Positions 54,885-64,000 of a stretch of 64,000 nt of DNA are shown here, in pieces. Each line of letters opens with the position of its first letter. The stretch's first letter is position 1. The DNA comes from a virus (lineage: Duplodnaviria > Caudoviricetes): the IMG/VR virus record IMGVR_UViG_3300031993_006627, positions 100,347-164,346 of that record. One strand, 5' to 3'. The translations under genes and the position numbers were made by a program. A model generated the notes under the pieces. That model had not been told where the DNA came from. It did not search any database and worked only from the letters and a program-made list of their open reading frames with translations.

Positions 54885-55053
54885 AGGCTGGAGCTGGTTG
54901 TTCAACAGCCGGCGGGACCATTATTTCGTGAATGGCAGATCCCTCTGTGGCAAGTGGGGCATTGTCGGATATGGCGATTGCGACAACACATCTGACCAGC
55001 CCTGTGCCACCTGCCTGAAGAAGCTCAAAGCCAGAAAGGAGAAAACCAAATGA
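54850..55053 (+). CDS. Small Zn-finger protein
   Basis: HYF...SLCG...CATC. Confidence 0.5.
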   Translation: MGKVCQKQTKTEGWSWLFNSRRDHYFVNGRSLCGKWGIVGYGDCDNTSDQPCATCLKKLKARKEKTK

Positions 55054-55550
55054 CAGAAAGACCTGTCTTTATTTTCCATGCGGTTCCCTTCGATTTTGTC
55101 CGAGATATGCTGCATGGGCCTGTGCGGGAAATGTTCTGTGCAGCCATGGTGCCGGCGGGTGACGATATTCTGATGGCTTATCACAAGCTCAATGAATTCA
55201 AAAATCGTATCTTCTGGTTGTACAACACGAATGTTGGTACCAGGACCATTATTCCGAATCAGTCGGTGTGCAAGCCGATTTATCTCTGGAATTGGGCCAT
55301 CCGGGATTACCAGGAGGATGTCAACAGAGTCATATTGCTATTAAAGCATATGGACTGCTTGAACAACCCTGAGCTCGAATTCTATAGGGATGTTATGCTC
55401 GATTTGCTTGTCGCGGACGACGAGGAAACCATGCGGGTTATTGGAAATCGTGTGGAAGAGGTTGCGTATACACTCGATCCAGCCAAGAAACAATGGCCGG
55501 ACTGGTATCTGTACAAGAAACTCAAGGAGAAACAAAATGACCCAACATGA
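55050..55550 (+). CDS. Hypothetical protein
   Basis: AGGAG RBS. Confidence 0.55.
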   Translation: MTERPVFIFHAVPFDFVRDMLHGPVREMFCAAMVPAGDDILMAYHKLNEFKNRIFWLYNTNVGTRTIIPNQSVCKPIYLWNWAIRDYQEDVNRVILLLKHMDCLNNPELEFYRDVMLDLLVADDEETMRVIGNRVEEVAYTLDPAKKQWPDWYLYKKLKEKQNDPT

Positions 55551-56031
55551 ACAACATATGGAGGCTTATGCAACCTCTATACTTGGGGTGCTGCAACTGA
55601 TTGCCAAAGTCGGATTGTTTGCCCTACAGAAAACAAAAATTCTGAGCGTCGACACCGAGGATATGCTACGTGGAGAGTTGTCCAGATATGTGGATACAGC
55701 GAACAAGGCTACCGTGACACAGATTAAGGACGACAAAGCAGAAAAAGCAGCTGAGAACAAGTACCTCAAGCTGTACCAGGACAGTGAGGCTATGTGCGCC
55801 AAGTGCTTCAAGGTTCTCACTGTCATGTGCGCCCATAAGGTACCGGAAGACGCTGACGTCAACATCATTGAGACGTGGAGTGTCATCAAGTGCACCAGCG
55901 GCCGCATCCTGGTCACGGTAGACTACTGGGGGAATGATGGGGACATGTATACCTATCAGTTCCCGGTCACATGGCTGGATCTGCCTCGGAAACAGATTGC
56001 TGAAATCAAAGTCGGGTGTCAGCTAGTATGA
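55537..56031 (+). CDS. FPAKYL-family-like hypothetical protein
   Basis: YQFPVTWLDLP. Confidence 0.5.
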   Translation: MTQHEQHMEAYATSILGVLQLIAKVGLFALQKTKILSVDTEDMLRGELSRYVDTANKATVTQIKDDKAEKAAENKYLKLYQDSEAMCAKCFKVLTVMCAHKVPEDADVNIIETWSVIKCTSGRILVTVDYWGNDGDMYTYQFPVTWLDLPRKQIAEIKVGCQLV

Positions 56032-56582
56032 AACTCTGCGATTTCAGTTCCATGGGAGACGACATATGGCATATCTATCTCCAGGGATGTTGCAACAAGG
56101 CGGCGACCTACGACGAGGAGACAGAGACATTTGCCGTACTCGCTGAGTTCAACGGTGTGACCTGCAGCATGACAACGCCAACGGAAGGGAATGATGTCGA
56201 CAGGTGCGTAATACTCCAGCTGGAAGTGCGAGGATTACGTGATGATAGAGTCATAGACAAGCTCATCAAGTACTTGGTCGACAGATACGACATGTGGGAG
56301 TGCGAGATCGACCTGTCAGCCTGGCAGAACAAGGACTGCACTGGCTGGGTGTTCTCGGTCGCGAACTACAAGTATCAACATCTACATGATGGTAGGGATA
56401 GAGTCATACGTACCTCCATTTCGATTCACGAATCCAGAATGATCATAGACGATGTGAAAATGATGGATTGGGAAAAGTTCACCACCGAACTCCTGACGCT
56501 CCGGTTGCAGCTTGAACCGCGCTATTGGGGTGACAGGAAGGAAATCACCTATACCAAGAAATTCAGAGGAAACACAAAATGA
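56028..56582 (+). CDS. Hypothetical protein
   Basis: Operon packing. Confidence 0.5.
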   Translation: MKLCDFSSMGDDIWHIYLQGCCNKAATYDEETETFAVLAEFNGVTCSMTTPTEGNDVDRCVILQLEVRGLRDDRVIDKLIKYLVDRYDMWECEIDLSAWQNKDCTGWVFSVANYKYQHLHDGRDRVIRTSISIHESRMIIDDVKMMDWEKFTTELLTLRLQLEPRYWGDRKEITYTKKFRGNTK

Positions 56583-57160
56583 AAATGAGATGGACTTCAG
56601 AGCAGTGCCGGGAGATCGCGAAACGCCTCAAGTGGCCGCACTCGCTTCTGCCGGACATTCCGAATGAGATCGAGCGCGTCTATGGCTACACCCCGCCGAT
56701 TGGTGCGATCCTCACAGACATCAACCGTGAGACGCTTCTCCTGGATACAGACGAGAAGACGGGTATGCCCAAAATGAGACGTACCAGCATGTCCGAAGAT
56801 CTGAAATATGCCCTAGGGCAAACCGTGTGGCACGTCTCGGACGACCATGTGGTGCGGAAGTTCAGAATCATGGACAGCCGGCAATTCATCACCAAATATG
56901 TGTATAAGCCGCCTGTGTTCAAGAAAACGCATGAGGTCATAAACAGCTACCGACTGGAAACAGATCGTTTCACTGTCTATGACCGTGGCACCCACATATG
57001 GGAAGACTCACTGTACAAGGATGAACTCCATGCTCGTATTCAAGCTGACGATGAACTGAAAGCGGTTATCGCCGAGCTTGAAGAAAAGCTGGATGTTCTC
57101 CGCAAGCGCCGCGACCAGAACGCCAGGCGCATCAAGAAACTGGAGCAGGCAGATGCCTAA
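56579..57160 (+). CDS. GDxVW family protein
   Basis: ALGQTVWHV...LYKDELHA plus coiled coil. Confidence 0.55.
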   Translation: MKMRWTSEQCREIAKRLKWPHSLLPDIPNEIERVYGYTPPIGAILTDINRETLLLDTDEKTGMPKMRRTSMSEDLKYALGQTVWHVSDDHVVRKFRIMDSRQFITKYVYKPPVFKKTHEVINSYRLETDRFTVYDRGTHIWEDSLYKDELHARIQADDELKAVIAELEEKLDVLRKRRDQNARRIKKLEQADA

Positions 57161-57470
57161 GAATGACAACATTCTACCGGAGATCGTATGGATCATCGGT
57201 GAGTGCTACAAGATCATCGAGGCACGCATTATCACCTGGTCGCCAAATGTTGTCCACCTGTGCAAGGCGGATGACCCTTCCTATGACCCGTACTGGTACA
57301 CCCCGAAGTATGTGTACAGCACGCACAAGGAAGCCCTGAAAGCAGCCATAAAGCAGTTGGAGGATGATCTGGTGGACAAGCGCCGCGAAGTAGCCAGAGG
57401 CAAGGTCGTTCTGCATGATATGGAATGCATCCTGGAGAACTACAAACGTGATCTTAAAGCCGAAAAATGA
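57153..57470 (+). CDS. GDxVW family protein
   Basis: IVWII...VYSTHKEAL. Confidence 0.55.
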   Translation: MPKNDNILPEIVWIIGECYKIIEARIITWSPNVVHLCKADDPSYDPYWYTPKYVYSTHKEALKAAIKQLEDDLVDKRREVARGKVVLHDMECILENYKRDLKAEK

Positions 57471-57771
57471 ATACTTCAGAGGTCGACGTGTGTGGGCCGT
57501 TACGGACGATGGAGAAGTGCGGGCATACACGATAGACTTCTGGGAACCGGAGGTTTGCAGCATACAGGATATGGAGCACAAGAAAGTGTTCCGATTCCTG
57601 CCGCCGAAATGGGTGTTCCTCACTAGGGAAGAAGCCGTGCAGCACGCTGTATGGCTCCTGCAGAACAACATTGAGGCCTCCAAGCGTGCTGTGAACTTCT
57701 ACAACCGGCAGCTCGGTCTTCAGCAGAAGAACCTGGAGCTGCACAAAAAGGAACTCGTACATGAAACTTGA
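57448..57771 (+). CDS. GDxVW family protein
   Basis: RGRRVWAV...VFLTREEAV; GTG start. Confidence 0.55.
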   Translation: MILKPKNEYFRGRRVWAVTDDGEVRAYTIDFWEPEVCSIQDMEHKKVFRFLPPKWVFLTREEAVQHAVWLLQNNIEASKRAVNFYNRQLGLQQKNLELHKKELVHET

Positions 57772-58087
57772 ATTCGGAGATAAAGCCTGGGGAGTGTTCG
57801 AGGGCGGAGTAAATCCTGTCACGGTTGCCACTGCCAATGAACATGTTGCGACTGTCATGCTGGACGACAATCCTGAAGCAGGGTCATGCAAAGTTTGCAG
57901 GCACTGCCTCCATCCGACACGCGCTCTCGCCCTGAAACACTACAAGCTCTATCTGGAAAGCCTGATCGCAGACGCAGAACAGCAAATTGAACACCAGCAG
58001 AAGCGTATCAAGCAGCTGGAGAAGGACCTGGCTGAGGCCAGGAAGGAGGAACAACTTGTCGACCCAAGGGAAATGGAAAGTCGGTGA
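57761..58087 (+). CDS. GDxVW family protein
   Basis: FGDKAWGV...LHPTRALAL. Confidence 0.55.
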   Translation: MKLEFGDKAWGVFEGGVNPVTVATANEHVATVMLDDNPEAGSCKVCRHCLHPTRALALKHYKLYLESLIADAEQQIEHQQKRIKQLEKDLAEARKEEQLVDPREMESR

Positions 58088-58442
58088 CATCGTCTGGTGG
58101 GCAAACCATCAATACAGGTTTGTCATCAGGATGTACGTGTACCAGATCATACGTATCCAGGTGGATGACGGTGACGTCAAGGTGCGCTATAGACTTGTCA
58201 CGCCGGATTCCGGTGTGATGCATGATGTTGCAAAGATAGAACTCAATAATCTGGATCGCCTGGGTCAACTGGATGACGAATGGCCGGTCAGTGACGATGA
58301 TATCTTTGCAACAAGAGATGAAGCCTACGACTGCCTGATCAAGGGCATTCGTGAGGAAATCGTTAAACACAAAAACTCAGCGGATTATCTGGAGAAGGAA
58401 ATCCAGCATATCCAGAACAGGAGAACTGAGAATGGAGAATAA
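58056..58442 (+). CDS. GDxVW family protein
   Basis: VGDIVWWA...IFATRDEAY; TTG start after AGGAGG. Confidence 0.55.
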   Translation: MSTQGKWKVGDIVWWANHQYRFVIRMYVYQIIRIQVDDGDVKVRYRLVTPDSGVMHDVAKIELNNLDRLGQLDDEWPVSDDDIFATRDEAYDCLIKGIREEIVKHKNSADYLEKEIQHIQNRRTENGE

Positions 58443-58818
58443 AATCGTTGAAATCAGCATGCGGTTCCAGGGAATCGAACTTGGGCAGCAAGTCTGGGTT
58501 GCGAACCACCTGCAGAGCCGTGTGGAGCGTGCTATCGTCTCCGGCGTAAACCTGAAGCTGTGCGCTGATGGTGTTGCTCGTGCAGAATACTACATGCTGA
58601 TCAATAAGGAAGATGGCGAGCACAGGGATGCCGTTTATCCTACTGAAATCTTCAAGTCGGAACTGGCTGCTTATGATCGGCTTATCCAGATGCTGAACAA
58701 TGAGATCAAGGACTCCCAGGAGGAAATCGAGGAAGTCCGCGAGGCCAAAGTCCGTGCAAAGATGCGTATGGAAGAGCTCCAGAGGCAGCAGTGCATGGGA
58801 GGCAAGAACAATGCCTGA
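58432..58818 (+). CDS. GDxVW family protein
   Basis: LGQQVWVA...IFKSELAAY. Confidence 0.55.
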   Translation: MENKIVEISMRFQGIELGQQVWVANHLQSRVERAIVSGVNLKLCADGVARAEYYMLINKEDGEHRDAVYPTEIFKSELAAYDRLIQMLNNEIKDSQEEIEEVREAKVRAKMRMEELQRQQCMGGKNNA

Positions 58819-59245
58819 ATTCAAACCGATCAATAGTATCAAAGCGCACTGTACATACGATGACCTGAAGAAAGGTGATCTCGTGTGGGGTGTCACTATT
58901 GAGGACAAGACAGAGAAACTGCACATCTTCCCGTGTCGCATTGTAGACCGGCATGATATCCGGAATGCGAAAGGTCTGTGGCAAATCGGCTTCTGGATCA
59001 AGTATCCGGATATACAGGGTCTGTGCATCCGCTGGTGGGCAGGGTGGTTGTCTCCGAGTTCTTTGTTCGCGAGCAAAGAGGACGCCCTGATTGCAGCGGA
59101 AGCCTGGATGCGGGAAAAGTTCAAGGAAGACGCGGATTTCATCGAGAGGTACACAGTGAATGACGAACACTGGGACGATGACAGTCCGCATAACACGGAA
59201 AGTGTGGACAATGGAGACGAAAATTCCAACACAGCGAGCCAGTAA
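58811..59245 (+). CDS. GDxVW family protein
   Basis: KGDLVWGV...LFASKEDAL. Confidence 0.55.
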   Translation: MPEFKPINSIKAHCTYDDLKKGDLVWGVTIEDKTEKLHIFPCRIVDRHDIRNAKGLWQIGFWIKYPDIQGLCIRWWAGWLSPSSLFASKEDALIAAEAWMREKFKEDADFIERYTVNDEHWDDDSPHNTESVDNGDENSNTASQ

Positions 59246-59274
59246 AGAAAAAACGAAGAGGAGACCGAGCAGTA

Positions 59275-59514
59275 ATGGTGCTTGAAAAATCGAATGTGTG
59301 CTATGTACGTTCTGTTCTGAAACGTCTTGTCTGCTGTGAAATGTCCGGGCATGTGGACGAACTGTCTGATGCCAACGACGTTCTTCAGAGAGTTCTTTGC
59401 GTTTGCTCCAACCTACGCAGGCTTCTCGATGACGATGAACAGGCACTTTGGGAAGAAGCCATACAAGAAGTGGAAAAGGACATGAAGGAACTTGAAGAGA
59501 AATGGTCACGCTGA
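59275..59514 (+). CDS. Hypothetical protein
   Basis: GAGGAG RBS. Confidence 0.45.
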   Translation: MVLEKSNVCYVRSVLKRLVCCEMSGHVDELSDANDVLQRVLCVCSNLRRLLDDDEQALWEEAIQEVEKDMKELEEKWSR

Positions 59515-59882
59515 CTGTAACCGAAGCACACATCACCCAGCAGGACTACAACACTCTCTGTGCTGCTAAAATAGCAATGGAACATGTGGAGGCCCGGTGC
59601 GAGTGCTTCGGGCTCCAATTCCATCAGTGCTGGCAGATGGAGGGAGCCCTGCGCAAAATAACACATTCAATGGAACCCTATTTCATCAAGGAGAACCAAA
59701 TGGTGCCAAAGAAAGACATCGAAACGCTCCAGGATGCGCTGGAAATCCTGCGAAAGCCTGGTATGAAGAGAAGTCCCATGTATGGCTTCCCCTATGAACT
59801 CGTGCAGGCTGCAGAGCGTGCCATGACCATTATCGTGGACAATCTGGCTCCGCTGCTCGACGCGGAGGAACAGCCGTTATAA
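59502..59882 (+). CDS. Hypothetical protein
   Basis: Coupled ORF. Confidence 0.5.
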   Translation: MVTLTVTEAHITQQDYNTLCAAKIAMEHVEARCECFGLQFHQCWQMEGALRKITHSMEPYFIKENQMVPKKDIETLQDALEILRKPGMKRSPMYGFPYELVQAAERAMTIIVDNLAPLLDAEEQPL

Positions 59883-59899
59883 CCAAGGAGAACACAAAT

Positions 59900-60208
59900 A
59901 TGTCATCTGAAGATACCGACCGCCCGAATCTGACCAGTCTTACAGACCGTGAACGTGAACAGATTTGGGACGCATTGAACAACATCTCTTGTCTCGATGT
60001 GGAACTCATCATCAAGCTGGATAAAGCTCCTCAGGTGCTACGCCACATTGTGAAGCTCGCTGACTGCCTGACGGCTATCTACATCGGAGAAATCAACAAT
60101 GAACTCAGTGAGATTGATGATCTTTCCGATGCTTTGCTGAATCTGAATCAGTCAGCGGAGGAATTTGTTGAAAAACTCGACGACGTAAAAGGAAACAAAA
60201 ATGACTGA
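59900..60208 (+). CDS. Hypothetical protein
   Basis: AAGGAG RBS. Confidence 0.55.
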   Translation: MSSEDTDRPNLTSLTDREREQIWDALNNISCLDVELIIKLDKAPQVLRHIVKLADCLTAIYIGEINNELSEIDDLSDALLNLNQSAEEFVEKLDDVKGNKND

Positions 60209-60641
60209 CGACCAAAAAGACTTCGTTGTGGAACTTATTCGCAACACAATCGACTACCTGCACAAACAGGAAGTACTGTTGATTCAACTGGCTGGCAGCA
60301 TCGAGTTTTCCAAGAAGGATCCGGAACCGACACCGGCAGAGAAGACTGGTGAAGAGGCCAGGAAGTTCTACAAGGACCTGCAGGAACGGGATACTGATTA
60401 TCAGTATCCGTTCCCCTGGGGCAGAAATTTGGGAAAGAAGCCTGACGAGGACAAGCCAGGACTGACACACATTGTTTCCGAGACCACGAACATTGTGGAG
60501 AAACCGATGCCAACACCCATCAGGGACTACATGGCGGGTAACAGGAAACAGGAACCGTGGACTAGAGGGACAGATGTTCCCCTGCGTCAGCCTACGGCAT
60601 CTGAACTTGCGGGAGAACCGCCGAGAGGAGAATGGGAATGA
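60201..60641 (+). CDS. Hypothetical protein
   Basis: Coupled ORF. Confidence 0.5.
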   Translation: MTDDQKDFVVELIRNTIDYLHKQEVLLIQLAGSIEFSKKDPEPTPAEKTGEEARKFYKDLQERDTDYQYPFPWGRNLGKKPDEDKPGLTHIVSETTNIVEKPMPTPIRDYMAGNRKQEPWTRGTDVPLRQPTASELAGEPPRGEWE

Positions 60642-60991
60642 GTTCACTCAAAGGAAAATTCGCCTGGTTCTATGATGACACCCGCGATATTATTATCGGT
60701 GGGGAAATGCTCGAAGAGCTGGAAGACGATCTCTGGGAAATCGGCGTGCTGACATACAGTGATATGGCCGCATTGGATCCGGAACTGACGAAGTACACAG
60801 TCTCTGCATCGGAACTGTTTCTAACTCGTGAGGCCGCGTTCAACCACTATGCTGACATGAAACGGCAGGCATGCAGTAAGCGCAGCTATGAGTACCAGTT
60901 CCAGCAGGATCAGCTAAAACTTCAGCACGAGCGCTGGCATGACTCTTGTTGCTGTGAGGTTAAAACTCCGGAGGCTTCCGACAATGAGTAA
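60638..60991 (+). CDS. GDxVW family protein
   Basis: KGKFAWFY...LFLTREAAF. Confidence 0.55.
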   Translation: MSSLKGKFAWFYDDTRDIIIGGEMLEELEDDLWEIGVLTYSDMAALDPELTKYTVSASELFLTREAAFNHYADMKRQACSKRSYEYQFQQDQLKLQHERWHDSCCCEVKTPEASDNE

Positions 60992-61637
60992 AGCGCTGCA
61001 AGCAGGCGACCGTGTGTGGATCGCTGTGTACGGCGAGAACTGCTCACCTGTTATGATCGAGGCCACGCTTCTGCGTAAGCACAACAATGAGTGGATCTGC
61101 ATGGCACCGTTCTATAACTCCCAGGAGTCCATGGAACCGTTCCCGGATACATATCTCAGAGACGAGCCGCATATTTATACCAATGTAGGTGATCTGCTGG
61201 CAGCTCTGGTGGATGAGTTCCGGGATAAAGTCAAGACAGAGAGCAGTGCTTACTGGGATACGATGGCGATTCGCAAATTCCGGCACGAGCAATATGTCAA
61301 GGGACTTGAAGAACCGAAGAAGCCTTCCTGGAAAGAGGGGGACGAAGTCTGGTTCTACACTGATGACAACATCGTGAGAGACGGGACGATTGTTGGGACG
61401 GATGACGGGGATGGTCTGTGGATCATCGAGTACGTCTATATCCGGTCAGACAACGAGCTGGACCGTGAGCGTATCGCCCGTGCAGAAGGCGAAATGTGGC
61501 GCTCGGTGGAAGATGCGGCAAAGGATCTTTCCGAAGATCTTCGTGAGGAGATTCTGCGCAATTCCATCAGCATGTACGACGAGCAGGAGGAAAGGAAGAA
61601 AGCACATCATGTTACGGAAACCACCGAAAGTCGGTGA
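60984..61637 (+). CDS. GDxVW family protein with two tandem domains
   Basis: AGDRVWIA and EGDEVWFY...MWRSVEDAA. Confidence 0.55.
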   Translation: MSKALQAGDRVWIAVYGENCSPVMIEATLLRKHNNEWICMAPFYNSQESMEPFPDTYLRDEPHIYTNVGDLLAALVDEFRDKVKTESSAYWDTMAIRKFRHEQYVKGLEEPKKPSWKEGDEVWFYTDDNIVRDGTIVGTDDGDGLWIIEYVYIRSDNELDRERIARAEGEMWRSVEDAAKDLSEDLREEILRNSISMYDEQEERKKAHHVTETTESR

Positions 61638-61968
61638 CTGGGTCTGGATCTTTGAACCAGACTGGGAAGGTTTTGGTACATGTATTCCTTGTGTCATAAC
61701 TTACATAGCAGAAAGCACAATCAGCGGCTTTGTGTACAAACTTCAGGAAACGGTATTCCGGCAAAACGAGGAAGACCCTGTTCTGAAGACATACGTCAGG
61801 TATGATACCGGTCTTTTCGAGTCTCTTGAAGACGCTGCCAGAGACGAGGCGGAATACCGTTATAAGAAACTCGTCGAAAGATCCAAGGAATACAACAAAG
61901 AACAGGAACAGAACAAGGAAGCCTGGTACAAACGTCAGGCAGAACTGTTCTACGGCGCCGGCATCTGA
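61609..61968 (+). CDS. GDxVW family protein
   Basis: VGDWVWIF...LFESLEDAA. Confidence 0.55.
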   Translation: MLRKPPKVGDWVWIFEPDWEGFGTCIPCVITYIAESTISGFVYKLQETVFRQNEEDPVLKTYVRYDTGLFESLEDAARDEAEYRYKKLVERSKEYNKEQEQNKEAWYKRQAELFYGAGI

Positions 61969-61988
61969 AATTCAACCTGGAGTAGAAA

Positions 61989-62150
61989 ATGCCAGAACAA
62001 ACAAAAGAAGGACTCGCCATCACATTGCGTGTAAACGGCCAGAAGACCAAGGTCGGAGTGCAGCCCCTCCGTGTGGTCGTCGTGGACGACAAGCGCGATG
62101 AGAAGCCTGTTTCCAGTGACGGAAAGGGATCTGACGAATGCACAAGCTGA
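61989..62150 (+). CDS. Small 53-aa hypothetical protein (absent from ORF track)
   Basis: GGAG RBS; MPEQTKEGLAITLRVNG...; fills the gap between neighbours. Confidence 0.45.
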   Translation: MPEQTKEGLAITLRVNGQKTKVGVQPLRVVVVDDKRDEKPVSSDGKGSDECTS

Positions 62151-62416
62151 CGATCAAATGCACCAACGTGAACAAGATCATCCAGGACGCGGCGGATAAC
62201 TTCAAGAAAGCGAACAAGGACGCCAAGGTGACTGCAGATGTTTATCGTGCAGGAATCACATGGCGTGCCAAGCTCGATATCTCGGTGGATCTTCTGGATG
62301 GTGATGTGCTCGCCATCATGAACTTCATCACGGAGCGCCGCAGGAAACAGTGGGAACAACTCCACAAGAAGGAGAATCAACATGGATGCAACGACAACCA
62401 GGGCGAATCTTCTTGA
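62138..62416 (+). CDS. Hypothetical protein
   Basis: Coupled ORF. Confidence 0.5.
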   Translation: MHKLTIKCTNVNKIIQDAADNFKKANKDAKVTADVYRAGITWRAKLDISVDLLDGDVLAIMNFITERRRKQWEQLHKKENQHGCNDNQGESS

Positions 62417-62780
62417 TATCCTGGAGCCAATGCTGTTCAGCGATTTAATTGATGACTTCGTAGAAGAAGGCATCATGACTCCTCTGGAAGGAGCCATCAG
62501 GAAAGCCTGTTATGATGATGACCACAAGCCGCTCCAGGTATCCATCTGGACAGAGACCAGACTGGACTATCTGGAGGACTTCATGACGGACGATCTGTTC
62601 AGGAAATGGCGTCACGAGGAAATCGCGGCAAGGATGACAGCGATATGGATGCAGTGCGGGAAGAGTATGACTGCTTTCCAGACGCTGTTGCCGCAGATTC
62701 AACGAACGGAAGAGCAGATCGCATGTGAAGCAATGCTGTTCTTCAGAAAGTACAAGAGAGGATTCAAACATGACAGATAA
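62382..62780 (+). CDS. Hypothetical protein
   Basis: AAGGAG RBS. Confidence 0.5.
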   Translation: MDATTTRANLLDILEPMLFSDLIDDFVEEGIMTPLEGAIRKACYDDDHKPLQVSIWTETRLDYLEDFMTDDLFRKWRHEEIAARMTAIWMQCGKSMTAFQTLLPQIQRTEEQIACEAMLFFRKYKRGFKHDR

Positions 62781-63120
62781 AACAAGAGACGAACTGCTGA
62801 TCGCTATGGCAAACAGCATCGAAGCTGTTGTCGGAAAAGGAACCGACGATATTTCCAAAGAATCCGACAAAGCGCTTATTGGCGCTATTTGGAAAGCCGG
62901 TAAAGAGCAGGTATTGCTCACCGAGCTGACAAATCACTGCAGATGTCCTGAATGCGGGAGCACGAATGTTGACCGCGACTACGCGATCCATGATCACGAT
63001 GAAGGGTGCTGCATGCTCTTCGCATGCCGGAGCTGCGGAGCCGAGGTCAGGGAAATCTACAAAACGGTGTACCTGAGAAGCGAAGTCTACGGGCACCTGA
63101 AGGGGGCTCACAATGTGTAA
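62770..63120 (+). CDS. Zn-ribbon protein
   Basis: CPECGS...CRSCGA. Confidence 0.55.
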   Translation: MTDKTRDELLIAMANSIEAVVGKGTDDISKESDKALIGAIWKAGKEQVLLTELTNHCRCPECGSTNVDRDYAIHDHDEGCCMLFACRSCGAEVREIYKTVYLRSEVYGHLKGAHNV

Positions 63121-63130
63121 TATCGTGTGA

Positions 63131-63349
63131 ATGGCAAAAGGTGTCTGTCCTCTCTGTGGAAGCGAGGAAGTCACCTACGACCCCATTGACTCAGAACTGG
63201 AAGACTGCATCCCGAATCCTGAATCCATCGAGTTCCAGGAATGGCACTTCATGGTGACATGCGATGACTGCGGCTGCCGGTTCGAGGAGATCTATGAAAC
63301 TGCTTACGTAGGCTGTGAGGTTATCAGCCGGAAAGGAAACAAAAAATGA
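63131..63349 (+). CDS. Zn-ribbon protein
   Basis: CPLCGS...CDDCGC. Confidence 0.55.
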   Translation: MAKGVCPLCGSEEVTYDPIDSELEDCIPNPESIEFQEWHFMVTCDDCGCRFEEIYETAYVGCEVISRKGNKK

Positions 63350-63702
63350 ACGATAGGCTCAGAGATTGTATCCCCGATAACGAACAGACAAGGGAACTGC
63401 TTCAAATCATCGAGGACATCAAAGCGAATAAACAGGAGGCACCAAAGGAATCAGAAGAAGCTCTTGAAGCCATGAATAAAGCGGCAAGCGCACTCTGGAG
63501 TCCTGAACAGGCTGTCCTCCGTCTTGCCGGCTTGTGCGGTATGCTCGATGTGAAGAAATGCGGCATGCCAGGTGTAGTGATGCATCCGAAGTATAGAGAT
63601 CTGGGAAAATTGTTCCTGGACGAAGGGATCACGCATGACGTGCTGGCAAGAGCCTATGAGATCTATGACCAGAGACACAAAGGAGAAAACAAAAATGTGT
63701 GA
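63346..63702 (+). CDS. Hypothetical protein
   Basis: ATGA coupling. Confidence 0.5.
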   Translation: MNDRLRDCIPDNEQTRELLQIIEDIKANKQEAPKESEEALEAMNKAASALWSPEQAVLRLAGLCGMLDVKKCGMPGVVMHPKYRDLGKLFLDEGITHDVLARAYEIYDQRHKGENKNV

Positions 63703-64000
63703 CCAAGTTAAATGGGCGACAGGGATGACTGCTTTTGTGGCTCTTAATGTACACCCGAACCTGCCGAACAGCGTAATCCGGGAAGTCAAACTGATCGATA
63801 ATCTGGGAAAAGGCGTCTGGCGCGGCCGCTGGGATGATATCGCGGATGACGCAGAGATCAAGAGCTTCGATCTTGCATTCTCCGAGAGGGATCTCCATGC
63901 GACCATGGAAGGCGCCCTGCATGAGATCATTACGGACTTCACGGCGGAAATCCTGAACGAGAACCGTGAGTGGTACCAGAAGACCCACGAGGATGACTGA
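63695..64000 (+). CDS. Hypothetical protein
   Basis: AAGGAG RBS. Confidence 0.5.
   Translation: MCDQVKWATGMTAFVALNVHPNLPNSVIREVKLIDNLGKGVWRGRWDDIADDAEIKSFDLAFSERDLHATMEGALHEIITDFTAEILNENREWYQKTHEDD

Noticed and set aside
51789-61968. One-to-one pairing of the 11 GDxVW genes with the 11 RNA units
   Set aside because: Numerical coincidence only. The family may continue beyond the window, and there is no sequence link.
1-64000. Stop-codon reassignment
   Set aside because: Genes are intact and tightly packed in code 11. TAA, TGA and TAG all terminate genes, and no suppressor anticodon was found.

Overview
This window is from a large tailed phage with a contractile tail (myovirus-type, probably jumbo). 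It uses the standard genetic code. 1-37.5 kb is a + strand virion operon: an intein-interrupted prohead protease (5'-truncated), scaffold, decoration protein, major capsid, neck, sheath, tube, tail chaperones, tape measure, baseplate (with an embedded sigma70-family gene) and tail fibres. 42.2-45.1 kb is a tRNA cluster with six assignable tRNAs, four of which have C instead of U at position 33. The cluster also holds several oversized CCA-ended tRNA-like RNAs, a glycosyltransferase and a DUF3307-like gene. 45.5-47.6 kb is the most striking element: an ORF-free tandem array of 11 structured RNA units of 135-221 nt. Each unit has its own covarying closing helix, a conserved TT-G-A-Y-Y-R junction, a 6-bp hairpin with a YGNTWCG loop, a second stacked hairpin and a long variable rod. 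This architecture resembles retron msr-msd RNAs, but no reverse transcriptase is present in the window. A GpA-type large terminase operon converges on the array. 50-64 kb is a dense run of small hypothetical genes with expanded paralogue families. All protein calls come from motifs and synteny read by eye; no database searches were run.
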